From contig JAZOMG010000006.1 in NCBI GenBank assembly GCA_045653705.1, forward strand, positions 25,972 through 89,971: a DNA stretch of 64,000 nt, read 5' to 3'. Positions 18,559-28,459 of the stretch are shown here, piece after piece (positions within the stretch are counted from its first letter, which is position 1; every line of letters starts with the position of its first letter). Made by a program: the position numbers and the translations under genes. The notes under the pieces are model-generated. The model was not told the origin of the DNA. It searched no databases and saw only the letters and a program-made list of their open reading frames with translations. Source of the DNA: Eubacteriales bacterium. Lineage in GTDB: Bacteria > Bacillota > Clostridia > Oscillospirales > CAG-272.

Positions 18559-19415
18559 ATGATTATCCCCCCTTCGTCATCCGAAAACCTATTCATAATT
18601 CCAACCGAAATCAAAATAAGTATCATCATAACAAGAGATATTGCCGCGCCTATATTGTAGGTGGACGGAGTTTGGAATAACCTCTCGATAGTGTCTCCGA
18701 TAAGGTCTATCTTTCCTGCGCCAAGCTTTTGAGAAATATAGAAGGTGCTTATTGACGGCACAAATACCATTGTAATTCCAGAAATTACACCCGACAGTGA
18801 CAGAGGGAAAATGACCTTTGTCATAACCTGAAAGCTGTTACAGCCAAGGTCAGCCGCCGCTTCGGTATAACGCTTGTCTATCTTGGATATTGAAGTAAAG
18901 ATAGGAAGCACCATATAGGGCAGAAAGTCGTATATCATTCCGAGTATTACGCCAAAGTCAGAGCCAACGATATACAGCTTGTCCAGCCCCATTTTTTCCA
19001 AAAGGGAATTGAGAAGCCCGCCGTTATCAAGCAAAGCCATAAGGGCGTAGGTTCTTATAAGGAGATTGCACCACATAGGTAGCATAAGAAGCACAAGCAA
19101 CACAGTTCTTGCTCTGGGTCCCGACTTTGCCATAAAATACGCCAAGGGATAGCCTATTATAAGGCATATAACAGTAGCTATAAGGGCAAAGGCGATTGAG
19201 AGAATAAAAACATTTGAATACTGTGTCAGATTTGATATGTTGGAAAGTGAAAATCCGTTTTCATCGGTAAAAGCGAAATACACCACAAAGAGCATGGGCG
19301 CAACGATAAACATTATCATCCATACGATATGAGGTGTCGCCGCAAGTTTTTGTAACGGCGAGCGGCGGTCAACTGCTTTGCTTTTTTGTCTTGACAACTT
19401 ACGCATCCTCCTCAT
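18555..19415 (-). CDS. potB: Spermidine/putrescine ABC transporter permease
   Basis: 286 aa permease with an EAA loop ([10 protein letters not shown]). Overlaps potC by 4 nt and potA by 17 nt. Confidence 0.85.
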   Translation of the reverse strand: MRRMRKLSRQKSKAVDRRSPLQKLAATPHIVWMIMFIVAPMLFVVYFAFTDENGFSLSNISNLTQYSNVFILSIAFALIATVICLIIGYPLAYFMAKSGPRARTVLLVLLMLPMWCNLLIRTYALMALLDNGGLLNSLLEKMGLDKLYIVGSDFGVILGMIYDFLPYMVLPIFTSISKIDKRYTEAAADLGCNSFQVMTKVIFPLSLSGVISGITMVFVPSISTFYISQKLGAGKIDLIGDTIERLFQTPSTYNIGAAISLVMMILILISVGIMNRFSDDEGGIII

Positions 19416-20520
19416 CTACAATATCGGAAAGATGATCAAGCTCATCAGAGAACGACGAATAGTCGCCAAACATTCCCGAAAACTCGGATTTTTTCATAAT
19501 ATGTATTGCATCGGGTTCGATATAAACGCCTATCTCAGAATCGGGCGCTACGTAATCGGTGGTTTGTATCATCCACTTGAAGCCATCGATTTCAACTATT
19601 ATTTCATAGTGCACGCCCTTAAAGGTAACGGTAGAAACCTTTCCTGAGAGCATACCCTTTTCTATGGGAACAACGTCTACGTCCTCGGGACGGATAACAA
19701 CGTCAACAGGCTCGTTTTTATCGAAGCCCTTGTCAAGGCAGTTAAAGGTGTGCTTTGCGAATTTAACGCTGTAATCGTCAAGCATAATACCGTCGATTAT
19801 ATTGGACTCACCGATAAAGTCGGCAACAAAAGCGTTAATAGGCTCATTGTATATATCCGTAGGCGTTCCGATCTGCTGTATCTTACCGTTTGCCATTACA
19901 ACGACGGTGTCAGACATAGAAAGAGCTTCCTCTTGGTCGTGAGTTACGTATATAAAGGTGATACCTGTTTTAGCCTGAATATTTTTAAGCTCCACCTGCA
20001 TATCCTTGCGGAGCTTCAGGTCAAGCGCGCCTAAAGGCTCGTCCAACAGCAGAACCTGAGGCTTGTTTATTAAGGCTCTAGCGATAGCCACACGCTGTTG
20101 CTGTCCGCCCGAAAGATTGTTAACGTTTCTTTTCTCAAAGCCGCGCAGATTTACAAGCTCAAGCATTTCCGAAACACGCTTGCGGATCTCATTTTTGTCC
20201 ACCTTTGCCAAGGTGAGACCAAAAGCGATATTATCATACACGTTCAGGTGAGGGAAAAGGGCGTATTTCTGAAATACGGTGTTTACGTTTCTTTTATGAG
20301 CGGGAACATCGTTTATACGTTTTCCGTCAAAATAAACGTCTCCCTCGTCAGGTACTTCAAATCCGCCTATAATACGAAGGGTCGTTGTTTTACCGCAACC
20401 CGACGGTCCTAAAAGCGTGATAAATTCGTGGTCATTGATGTAAAGGTCAACGTTTGAGAGTATTTGCTCGCCGTCATATGCCTTGCAGATATTCTTTAGT
20501 TCTATAAGCTTTGTTTTCAT
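19399..20520 (-). CDS. potA: Spermidine/putrescine ABC transporter ATP-binding protein
   Basis: 373 aa. Walker [24 protein letters not shown] and a C-terminal TOBE-like domain. Confidence 0.9.
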   Translation of the reverse strand: MKTKLIELKNICKAYDGEQILSNVDLYINDHEFITLLGPSGCGKTTTLRIIGGFEVPDEGDVYFDGKRINDVPAHKRNVNTVFQKYALFPHLNVYDNIAFGLTLAKVDKNEIRKRVSEMLELVNLRGFEKRNVNNLSGGQQQRVAIARALINKPQVLLLDEPLGALDLKLRKDMQVELKNIQAKTGITFIYVTHDQEEALSMSDTVVVMANGKIQQIGTPTDIYNEPINAFVADFIGESNIIDGIMLDDYSVKFAKHTFNCLDKGFDKNEPVDVVIRPEDVDVVPIEKGMLSGKVSTVTFKGVHYEIIVEIDGFKWMIQTTDYVAPDSEIGVYIEPDAIHIMKKSEFSGMFGDYSSFSDELDHLSDIVDEEDA

Positions 20521-20617
20521 TCCGCATAAAAACTCCTTAGGAAAATAAATATACGGATAAGGGCAGGATTATACGCAAAAAATTACATATAAGTCTGCCC
20601 TTTGCATCCATGCGAAT

Positions 20618-20646
20618 ATTGTAACAGAAATTAAAGAAAAATGCAA
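20618..20646 (-). promoter_or_regulatory. Candidate sigma-A promoter of potABCD
   Basis: On the minus strand: TTGCAT (20646-20641), 17 nt spacer, TACAAT (20623-20618). This leaves a 5' UTR of roughly 90 nt. Confidence 0.5.
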
Positions 20647-20782
20647 TATATTTTATAAAAAAATTTTTAAAAAACGCCAATAAATTTAATTAAAATCGTT
20701 AAAACGCGATTAAATTGAATTTTTAGGCAAAAAAACAGTATTATCTCGGTATTTCTTGGAAAATCGTCGTTTTTCTTCTTTT

Positions 20783-21355
20783 TCAGCTCGTAACAAATAT
20801 TTTTGTAAAAAGGGATATTGAGAATATAAATAAAGATAAATTCGCCCCCGATATTAATAATAGATATACGGATATCAGCCAAAGGAGAAAAATCAATATA
20901 AAAGAAACTATAAGAATGACCTTTTCGGCAAATATAGGCTCTTTTGCCAAGCATAAAAGTGAATATAATATTCTTCCGCCGTCAAAATCTTTAATGGGCA
21001 ATAGATTTAAAGCGGCTAAAACTAAGGATGACAGTATAAAATACAATATGACTTGATATTGAATAACACAGTATACAGGAATTAATGCTATGGCAGAAAA
21101 AATATTTATCAGCGGACCGCATATGCACAGAAAAATCTCATCTTTGTAGGAATAGCTTGCGGTATACGGTGTCAAGCCTGCTCCGTATATTCCTATATTA
21201 CATTCATACAGATGTATTCCGCAAAGCTTGGAAGCTATAATATGCCCCAGCTCGTGCACCGTAACAGCGCAAAAGGACGCCAATGCGAAATATGAATGTG
21301 AGATAAGCAACGATAAAAATAGCATTACGGAAAAAAAGCCTATTTTAATTTTCAT
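20783..21355 (-). CDS. Site-2 protease (M50) family membrane metalloprotease, SpoIVFB-like but without a CBS domain
   Basis: HELGH zinc motif and NLLPIKDFDGGR second motif in a polytopic membrane protein. ATG at 21355 (MKIKIGFF, GGAG 6 nt upstream) is preferred to the track start at 21487. Confidence 0.65.
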   Translation of the reverse strand: MKIKIGFFSVMLFLSLLISHSYFALASFCAVTVHELGHIIASKLCGIHLYECNIGIYGAGLTPYTASYSYKDEIFLCICGPLINIFSAIALIPVYCVIQYQVILYFILSSLVLAALNLLPIKDFDGGRILYSLLCLAKEPIFAEKVILIVSFILIFLLWLISVYLLLISGANLSLFIFSISLFTKIFVTS

Positions 21356-21568
21356 AATAAGCTCCAAAGTTATATATATATCCATACATATGAGAATGAG
21401 GAAACAGTCTATTACAAAATGTATTTTGTTTGAAATGTTTGAACAAATAACGGATATTATTTGGATGTTTTTTGGTAAAAAAAACAAATCTAAAAAAATC
21501 CAAAAAAACTATTGACTTTTTTGAAAAATAGTGTATAATATTATATGTTGCCGCTGATGCGGTGGCAT

Positions 21569-21653
21569 GCGGAAGTGGCGGAACTGGCAGACGCGCACGT
21601 TTGAGGGGCGTGTGGTTTACACCGTACGGGTTCAAGTCCCGTTTTCCGCACCA
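21569..21653 (+). tRNA. tRNA-Leu (anticodon GAG), type II with long variable arm, CCA encoded
   Basis: Acceptor GCGGAAG/TTTCCGC, anticodon stem CACGT/GCGTG with loop TT-GAG-GG, a 13-nt variable arm, T arm ACGGG-TTCAAGT-CCCGT, and discriminator A plus CCA. Confidence 0.9.
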
Positions 21654-21657
21654 GACA

Positions 21658-21687
21658 TAGGGAGAGCTAAGCTCTCCCTATTGTTTT
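21658..21687 (+). terminator. Rho-independent terminator after tRNA-Leu
   Basis: TAGGGAGAGCT-a-AGCTCTCCCTA followed by TTGTTTT. Confidence 0.7.
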
Positions 21688-21715
21688 ATCTACTTCATAA
21701 TACGGAGACTTTTAA

Positions 21716-22882
21716 ATGACAACTCTACTTATAAAGCTTTTTATTAAGAATAAAGATGAAGTTGAAGCTCAAAATGTCAGATCTGCATACGTTACTTTGG
21801 CGAGCGTTATCGGTATTTTGCTAAATGTTATGCTGTTTGTTGGAAAGCTTGTGTTTGGAATTTTGGCGGGTTCGATGTCGATGGTTGCCGATGCGTTTAA
21901 TAATATAACCGATGCAGGTTCATCTGTGGTTTCTTTTGTCGGCTTTAAGCTATCCGTAAAACACGTTGATAAAAAGCATCCTTTCGGTCACGGCAGAATG
22001 GAATACGTGGCGGGTTTTATCGTTGATATGCTTATAATTCTTGTGGGGTTTGAGCTATTCAAGGAATCAATTGGAAAAATAATTTCTCCCACCAAGCCTG
22101 AGGTCAGTATTTTTACTGTTGTTGTTTTATGCGTTTCAATACTTATAAAGCTGTGGCTGTTCTTTTTCTACCGTAAAGTAGGAAAGAAAATAGGCTCATC
22201 TGCAATTAAATCCACTTCATTAGACAGTATTACCGACTGTGCCGCAACAACTCTCGTTCTTGTGTCGGTGATATTGTCTAAGCAATTCAATATTACTGTT
22301 GACGGATACGTTGGGATTGTTGTTGCGGCTTTAATATGTTGGGCGGGCATTAAGTCGGCAAAGGAAACCATTGACCTGCTTTTAGGCGCGCCGCCTACCA
22401 AGGAATATATAGAACGTATATATAACTTTACAAGATCATATCCCGAAATCGTTGGAATACACGACCTTATGGTTCACGATTACGGCGTTGGAAGAAAGTT
22501 TATTTCATTTCACGCTGAGATACCGTCCGATTATAACGTAGATTTGGCGCACGAGACTATTGATAGGCTTGAGCGTGATATGAATGATGAATTTGACGTA
22601 TTGGTTACTGTTCACCTCGATCCTATTGCGGTAGACGATGCAGATGTTGAAAAAATGAAGCGCTTTGCTATCGACTGTATGACAGAGGTCAACAAGGATT
22701 TTATGCTTCACGATTTTAGAATGACAAAGGGCGAAAAATATGTAAATGTCATTTTTGATATGGTTATTCCGCTTGATTATATAGGAAATCATGATGATGC
22801 GGCGCGAATGGTTGCCGATAAAATAAAAGAAAAAAATCCCGATTGTTTTGCCGTTATACATCCCGAGCATCCCTATTACTAA
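21716..22882 (+). CDS. Cation diffusion facilitator (CDF) family metal efflux transporter
   Basis: 388 aa. Six TM helices with the CDF signature (ADAFNNITD, HPFGHGRMEY) and a C-terminal cytoplasmic dimerisation domain. Confidence 0.85.
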   Translation: MTTLLIKLFIKNKDEVEAQNVRSAYVTLASVIGILLNVMLFVGKLVFGILAGSMSMVADAFNNITDAGSSVVSFVGFKLSVKHVDKKHPFGHGRMEYVAGFIVDMLIILVGFELFKESIGKIISPTKPEVSIFTVVVLCVSILIKLWLFFFYRKVGKKIGSSAIKSTSLDSITDCAATTLVLVSVILSKQFNITVDGYVGIVVAALICWAGIKSAKETIDLLLGAPPTKEYIERIYNFTRSYPEIVGIHDLMVHDYGVGRKFISFHAEIPSDYNVDLAHETIDRLERDMNDEFDVLVTVHLDPIAVDDADVEKMKRFAIDCMTEVNKDFMLHDFRMTKGEKYVNVIFDMVIPLDYIGNHDDAARMVADKIKEKNPDCFAVIHPEHPYY

Positions 22883-22889
22883 GAAAAAT

Positions 22890-22935
22890 ACCGCGTTTAC
22901 TGTCTCCGAAAAGAGAAGTAAACGCGGTGTTTTTT
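22890..22935. terminator. Bidirectional rho-independent terminator between the CDF gene and ruvB
   Basis: ACCGCGTTTACT-15 nt-AGTAAACGCGGT followed by GTTTTTT. The minus strand has ATTTTTCTT after the stem. Confidence 0.7.
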
Positions 22936-24004
22936 ATTCGTTTTCAAAAACGTTTATCTGTTCAGTAGGACGGTTTTGCTGTTTTGGTGTGTAATTTAAA
23001 CCAAGATGCTCGTATGCTAACCTGGTTGCGCAGCGTCCTCTCGGAGTACGGCTGAGAAATCCGATTTGGAGCAGATACGGCTCATATACGTCCTCAAGTG
23101 TTACTGCTTCCTCGCCAACAGTAGCGGCAACCGTTTCAAGTCCTACGGGTCCGCCGTCGTAAAACTTTATAATTGTTTCAAGCATACGGCGGTCGGTGTT
23201 ATCAAGTCCAAGTCCGTCTATTTCAAGCCTGCCAAGAGCTATATTGGCTATTCTGCTGTCTATTTTATCCTGTCCGCTGACCTGAGCAAAATCACGCACA
23301 CGCTTGATAAGCCTGTTTGCAATACGGGGCGTTCCTCTGGAGCGTGATGCTATTTCGTAAGCTCCGTCCTCTGTTATTGAAAAACCCAATATGTTTGCGC
23401 TTCGCATAACAATCGTTGTTAGCTCCTCGGGTGTATAAAGCTCTAATTTCAGCACCACACCAAATCTATCGCGAAGGGGCGGCGTTAATTGACCCGCGCG
23501 TGTGGTAGCTCCTATCAAGGTAAATCGGGGCAGGTCGATGCGTATACTTCTTGCGGCAGGACCTTTGCCGATTATTATATCCAGGGCATTATCTTCCATA
23601 GCGGGATATAGTATCTCTTCCACAGAGCGAGACAGTCGGTGTATTTCATCTATAAACAGAACATCTCCCTCGGAAAGATTGGTAAGCAGTGCCGCAAGGT
23701 CTCCCTGCTTTTCTATGGCAGGACCCGATGTGATTCTGATGTTTACGCCCATTTCGGCAGCGATAATGTTGGATAGGGTGGTTTTACCTAATCCGGGAGG
23801 TCCGTAAAGTAAAACGTGGTCAAGGCTTTCACCGCGTATTTTGGCGGCTTCAATGTAAATTTTCAGATTTTCCTTTACCTTATCCTGTCCGATATAATCT
23901 TCAAGGGTCTTGGGGCGAAGTGAGGTGTCTGTTCCGCTGTCCTCTCTTGTATAAGAGGTGGTCATTATTCGGTTTTCAAAGTCAAATTCATCTGACATAT
24001 CCAT
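22934..24004 (-). CDS. ruvB: Holliday junction branch migration helicase RuvB
   Basis: 356 aa. [12 protein letters not shown], Walker [10 protein letters not shown], Walker B FIDEIHRL, sensor TTRAG and a RuvB winged-helix C-terminus. Confidence 0.95.
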   Translation of the reverse strand: MDMSDEFDFENRIMTTSYTREDSGTDTSLRPKTLEDYIGQDKVKENLKIYIEAAKIRGESLDHVLLYGPPGLGKTTLSNIIAAEMGVNIRITSGPAIEKQGDLAALLTNLSEGDVLFIDEIHRLSRSVEEILYPAMEDNALDIIIGKGPAARSIRIDLPRFTLIGATTRAGQLTPPLRDRFGVVLKLELYTPEELTTIVMRSANILGFSITEDGAYEIASRSRGTPRIANRLIKRVRDFAQVSGQDKIDSRIANIALGRLEIDGLGLDNTDRRMLETIIKFYDGGPVGLETVAATVGEEAVTLEDVYEPYLLQIGFLSRTPRGRCATRLAYEHLGLNYTPKQQNRPTEQINVFENE

Positions 24005-24019
24005 AATGCGTTATCCCCC

Positions 24020-24646
24020 TTATTTCATAATTTTCTTAAGAGCAAGACGGATAATATCATCAAGCTCCAAATTTGCGGTATCAAGTGTTTTAAGAACGCT
24101 ATACGCTTCATTTCTCGAATACCCCAGCGCCATAAGGGCTTCCTGCGCATCGGATAGCTTGCTTTGCGCGCCAACGGTTTTGGAGACTGCCGCCCCAAAA
24201 GAATCACCGCTATCAGCGCCGATGGGAGCTTTGGTAAGCTTATCCTTAAGCTCAAGAATAACACGAGCCGCTGTTTTCGGACCTATACCGTTTGCCAAGG
24301 ATATAGCCTTTTTATCCTCCGAGCATATTGCCACAGAGAGCTTTTGAGGCGTTAGCTGTGACAGTATGGCTATTGCTGCCTTAGGACCTACTCCCGATAC
24401 CGTTATCAAAAGCTTGAACGCATCAAGCTCGTCAACGGTACTGAAGCCGAAAAGCTCCACGCCGTCTTCTCTGACCGCCATATAGCTATATAAGGTCACG
24501 TCATCATTTTTTGAGCTTGTCGAATTTCTTGAAAGCAGGGAATGGGTAGTTTGTGATATGGTAAGGCGGTATCCAACGCCGTTTGCGTCTATTACAGCAA
24601 ACGAGGGATCGAGAAGCGCCAGCTTACCGCGAATATAATAAAACAT
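24020..24646 (-). CDS. ruvA: Holliday junction DNA-binding protein RuvA
   Basis: 208 aa. MFYYIRGKL OB fold, HhH motifs (LITVSGVGPKAA, ANGIGPKTA) and C-terminal domain III. Confidence 0.9.
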   Translation of the reverse strand: MFYYIRGKLALLDPSFAVIDANGVGYRLTISQTTHSLLSRNSTSSKNDDVTLYSYMAVREDGVELFGFSTVDELDAFKLLITVSGVGPKAAIAILSQLTPQKLSVAICSEDKKAISLANGIGPKTAARVILELKDKLTKAPIGADSGDSFGAAVSKTVGAQSKLSDAQEALMALGYSRNEAYSVLKTLDTANLELDDIIRLALKKIMK

Positions 24647-27582
24647 CAGTTGTCTCCTTTTGAATTGCTGTTATTGCTTGCGGATGACTTTTCTTTTTTT
24701 GCCTTTAAAATATCCCTCAGGGATCTTTTTTGCGGCTTAGGGGTAATAAGCATTTCCTCGTGATCTACGTCAAAATCTTCGAGCGTCCATTTGCTGTCGC
24801 AAAGCGCGTACATATGCGGGCGCTTCTTTTTTATGACTGTGAAATAAAGTATGACATCAGCTAAGCAAATAATAATAAATAATGACGTTCCGATAATAGA
24901 GATTATCGCGCCTGTTTTGTATATGCTTGGGTCGTATTTGAACTCAAGGCTGTGCTGACCGACGCTGTCGATATTAAAGGCGATCAGCGCGTCAAGGGTC
25001 TTATAAAATTCTACCTCGTTGCCGTCTACGTATATTTTCCAGCCCTCGTCATAGGGAATCGTTGTTTGTATCATTTGCGATTGCTTGTCGGTGGTGATGT
25101 TGCCCTTAAGGTTATCGTCTGTATATTCGGTAACGTTGAACTGAGGCTTGGCTTTCAGAAGCGCGAAAGCGTTTTCATATGCCTCGGCATCCAAATACCA
25201 TATAAAGTCATAACCCGTATACAGTGTGACGTCTTTTTCGATCAATTTTATTTTGACAGATACATCCTCGCCCTCGTTGAAATAGCCAAGGGAAGCGATA
25301 TATTTTGTATTACTGCCAAGATATTTTCCTATGAGAGAACCGTTGACGTACAGCTCCACCTCGGCGCTTTGCTTGCTTGGGGGATAAAAATAATATTCCG
25401 CGCTTTTTGGCGCTGTAAAGTTATAGCTGACCGAATTATCCCCATTTTCTATCCCTATTGAATAGGAGATAGACAATCCGAGCGATGATTGAATGCAGTC
25501 GGGAGATTTGACGGTGTCTATTTCGGTCTTGTTAACAGGAACGTACAGCTTGGAAGAGAAGCTATCCCCAAGCATGGCGGATACAAGGGTATTCAATCTT
25601 TCAAAATACCGCTCGAAGTTTGAGGAGTGGAGCGACATATCGTATTTTGCAACTGCGTCGTCTACTCCAAACGCTACCGATAGCGCCTGCGGATTGTAAT
25701 ATGCAGTATACTTCCCATTTGTTTTGAACTCTTCGTATGTGTTTACAAGCTTGTCCGAGGTTTCATAATCGATGATATATTTGATACCGAGCAGGGAATC
25801 GGTAACAGGATTTCCGCCGTAGTATTGTGAGTGATGAGAGGTGGACGCATATCCCATTCTTCTCAAAAAGGTTATGGTTTCGGAATTTAAAGTTGAGGTG
25901 GAATTTGAGATTCCGTGTAATCCAAGCGCCATATTGTCGTTATATTTTTTGTGCGCTAATTTCTCGGCTCTGTAAAAGCCCTTGTCACTTTCTTGAATGT
26001 CGGTGACGATAGGGCGCAGATCCCCCACAAAATTGTTATATTTTGAGTAAGAGGAATATGCCACGTCGCCGTCAAACTGAACCACACAAGCAAGACTGCT
26101 GCAAAATATCTCGATACATACGATTATTGCGAGAACAGATGTTATATTTTCCCGTTTGATCGGATTTTTTTGACGTATTATAAGGCATAGCGTCACTAAT
26201 ATTGCAACAGCCGCTATTACGGTTAACCACACTGTTTCAAGTGTCAGAAGCTTGCTGTTATTTTCAACGTAGGTCTCAAATTCAAGCTTGTTACATACTG
26301 TCACGAAAAGTATTATAAACGCGACTATTCCAAGTAAAAATTTTTCGCTGACCGTTCGCAGATTTCCAAAAGCCTTATATGCAAGTATAAGCAAGAAAAA
26401 GCACAGCATAAAGCTATATCTGTAATTCAGCCAGTTGGGCGCTTGAAATCCGTGCCAAATAAGATCAAGCGGGCTTGCGATAAAGCTTAAGGCGAAGATG
26501 ACAATGAAAATTAGAGAAGCCACCTTTTCGCGGGAAGCGATCTTTTTTGACATAAAATACACAGGAACGAGGATCAATGTCAAAATACCGCAATATACGA
26601 ACGGCAAGCCCTGAGGTCTTACTGTATCATAAGAGCCGGGGAGAAATTTTGTGAGAAAATCAAGAATATCAAACTTTGTTTTAAATGACCAGTTGGGGTC
26701 TGAAAACGTGGTTTTACCAAAGGTGAGAGAATAGTACGCTCCGAGTATCATAAATGCGGATATAGCTACCGCAAGGAGAGAAAAGCAGGCTATTCTTACA
26801 AAGGAGCGAAGCATATGGAGCTTTTCTTTGTGTGGGTTCAGGGTCTCTGCCGAGTGGGCAAAGCAATAGTAAAAATAATAGAGCATTACATAGATACAAA
26901 TCATATATCCAATATAAAAATTGCTCATTATCGCAATGGATAGCGAAATAACGAATAGCTTATATCTGCGGTTCTTTATAAGTTGTTCGATGCCATAGGT
27001 GATAAGAGGAAGCCATATAAGGGCATCTATCCACATCATATTGTTCTGGTAGACCACCGCGTATGCGCAGAGCGAGTACATAACCGAAAAGGCTACGGTG
27101 ATGACCTTGTTTTGATGGGAAGAATTTTTGTGGAGATAAAAGCCGAAGGAAAGACCGCAAAGCCCAACCTTTAGGAGAATTATGGTAAGCAGAGCTTCAA
27201 GAATACGCGTTTGCGGAAAGAGCGCCACAATAAACGAAAGAGGGCTTGCGAGATAGTATGCGTACATACCAATAAACTCTCCGCCTAGACCGCGAAGAAA
27301 GGTATATAGCATACTGCCGTCTCCGTAAATTATCTTTCTGAGTGCTTCAAAATAGTATACGTACTGTCCGTTGAGGTCGAGGACGAGAACACTGCCGTCT
27401 CCAAAGGGGTGTATCTCCATAGCAAGGTATACGAGGTACATTATAACAACGGGAACGGCGAAGCAGAAGAAAAGATATGAGTATGGCGATGACGCTATTT
27501 TATACTGCAAGCGAGCTAAGTACTTTCTTGGATTAAGCATAGCTCTTTTTGAAGATGCTTCTGTGATTTGTTGATTATCCAT
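24646..27582 (-). CDS. YfhO family polytopic membrane protein (putative glycosyltransferase)
   Basis: 978 aa. Many N-terminal TM helices, a large extracytoplasmic C-terminal domain and a final TM helix. Size and topology match the YfhO family. Confidence 0.75.
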   Translation of the reverse strand: MDNQQITEASSKRAMLNPRKYLARLQYKIASSPYSYLFFCFAVPVVIMYLVYLAMEIHPFGDGSVLVLDLNGQYVYYFEALRKIIYGDGSMLYTFLRGLGGEFIGMYAYYLASPLSFIVALFPQTRILEALLTIILLKVGLCGLSFGFYLHKNSSHQNKVITVAFSVMYSLCAYAVVYQNNMMWIDALIWLPLITYGIEQLIKNRRYKLFVISLSIAIMSNFYIGYMICIYVMLYYFYYCFAHSAETLNPHKEKLHMLRSFVRIACFSLLAVAISAFMILGAYYSLTFGKTTFSDPNWSFKTKFDILDFLTKFLPGSYDTVRPQGLPFVYCGILTLILVPVYFMSKKIASREKVASLIFIVIFALSFIASPLDLIWHGFQAPNWLNYRYSFMLCFFLLILAYKAFGNLRTVSEKFLLGIVAFIILFVTVCNKLEFETYVENNSKLLTLETVWLTVIAAVAILVTLCLIIRQKNPIKRENITSVLAIIVCIEIFCSSLACVVQFDGDVAYSSYSKYNNFVGDLRPIVTDIQESDKGFYRAEKLAHKKYNDNMALGLHGISNSTSTLNSETITFLRRMGYASTSHHSQYYGGNPVTDSLLGIKYIIDYETSDKLVNTYEEFKTNGKYTAYYNPQALSVAFGVDDAVAKYDMSLHSSNFERYFERLNTLVSAMLGDSFSSKLYVPVNKTEIDTVKSPDCIQSSLGLSISYSIGIENGDNSVSYNFTAPKSAEYYFYPPSKQSAEVELYVNGSLIGKYLGSNTKYIASLGYFNEGEDVSVKIKLIEKDVTLYTGYDFIWYLDAEAYENAFALLKAKPQFNVTEYTDDNLKGNITTDKQSQMIQTTIPYDEGWKIYVDGNEVEFYKTLDALIAFNIDSVGQHSLEFKYDPSIYKTGAIISIIGTSLFIIICLADVILYFTVIKKKRPHMYALCDSKWTLEDFDVDHEEMLITPKPQKRSLRDILKAKKEKSSASNNSNSKGDN

Positions 27583-27793
27583 CGCTTTGCTCCTTTCCCA
27601 TATCCTCGGAAAAGATTATCTTTTTCGTTGCCTTTTCAAGCTTTATGCGGTCGACGTTCATATCCCGTCCGCAGCCTTGACAAACAACTCTCATCTCACT
27701 GCCCACGCGAAGTATTTTAAACTGCTTTGAGCCGCAGGGGTGAGGCTTTTTTAATTCTATAATATCGTTTAGTTTAAATTTAATAATATTCAT
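27575..27793 (-). CDS. DUF951 family small protein
   Basis: 72 aa. The pattern ELKKPHPCGSKQFKILRVGSEMRVVCQGCGRDMNVDR is typical of DUF951. Overlaps the yfhO start by 8 nt. Confidence 0.75.
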   Translation of the reverse strand: MNIIKFKLNDIIELKKPHPCGSKQFKILRVGSEMRVVCQGCGRDMNVDRIKLEKATKKIIFSEDMGKEQSDG

Positions 27794-27890
27794 CCTTGCA
27801 CCGCTAAAACATAATATATTTTTATTTTACCACAATATCAATAATTTGTAAATATCTATATAAAATTTTACAATTTTTATTAAATAGTAT

Positions 27891-27919
27891 TTGACTTGAT
27901 GCCTCGGATGTGGTATAAT
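27891..27919 (+). promoter_or_regulatory. Near-consensus sigma-A promoter upstream of ruvC
   Basis: TTGACT (27891-27896), 17 nt spacer, TATAAT (27914-27919), with an extended -10 TG at 27911-27912. Confidence 0.65.
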
Positions 27920-27948
27920 AAGGAGTAAGTTATTTTTTGGAGGAGCAA

Positions 27949-28449
27949 ATGATCATTCTCGGAATTGACCCTGGGCTCGCCATTGTGGGATGGGGGGTCG
28001 TAGATTATAGCGGCTCACGCTTTACCACCTTGGGCTACGGTTCGATAGAGACTCCTGCGGGTATGGCTACCGAGCAAAGGCTGTCTCTTATTTACGACAG
28101 TATCGGAAAGCTTATCGAAAAATACAGACCGGAGCAGATGGCTATTGAGGAGCTTTTTTTCAATACCAATCAGACCACAGGTATAAGAGTTGCCGAAGCG
28201 AGGGGCGTTATTATTATGTGCGCTCACCGTATGGGGGTCAAAATATTCGAATATACCCCTCTTCAGGTAAAACAGTCGGTAGTCGGTTACGGACGGGCAG
28301 AAAAAAAGCAGGTCATAACTATGGTCACGATGTTTTTGGGACTGCCTAAGCCTCCAAAGCCCGACGATACGGCGGATGCGTTGGCTATTGCTGTGTGTCA
28401 CGCTCATTCGGGAACGTCAAGGCTTGCGGACTATTATAATAAAAACTAA
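27949..28449 (+). CDS. ruvC: Crossover junction endodeoxyribonuclease RuvC
   Basis: MIILGIDPGLAIVGWG, IEELFF and DAADALAIAVCH are RuvC catalytic acidic motifs. ATG at 27949 after GGAGGA is preferred to the TTG at 27937. Confidence 0.9.
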   Translation: MIILGIDPGLAIVGWGVVDYSGSRFTTLGYGSIETPAGMATEQRLSLIYDSIGKLIEKYRPEQMAIEELFFNTNQTTGIRVAEARGVIIMCAHRMGVKIFEYTPLQVKQSVVGYGRAEKKQVITMVTMFLGLPKPPKPDDTADALAIAVCHAHSGTSRLADYYNKN

Positions 28450-28459
28450 GGCGGAAATT

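Noticed and set aside
20525-20527. Alternative potA start at the upstream ATG better spaced from AAGGAG
   Set aside because: It is out of frame with potA and terminates after 17 codons. The PotA N-terminus [10 protein letters not shown] matches the family. It is recorded only as a possible leader peptide.
21345-21635. 96-aa minus-strand ORF
   Set aside because: It overlaps the tRNA-Leu gene and its promoter region. The tRNA cloverleaf explains the sequence.
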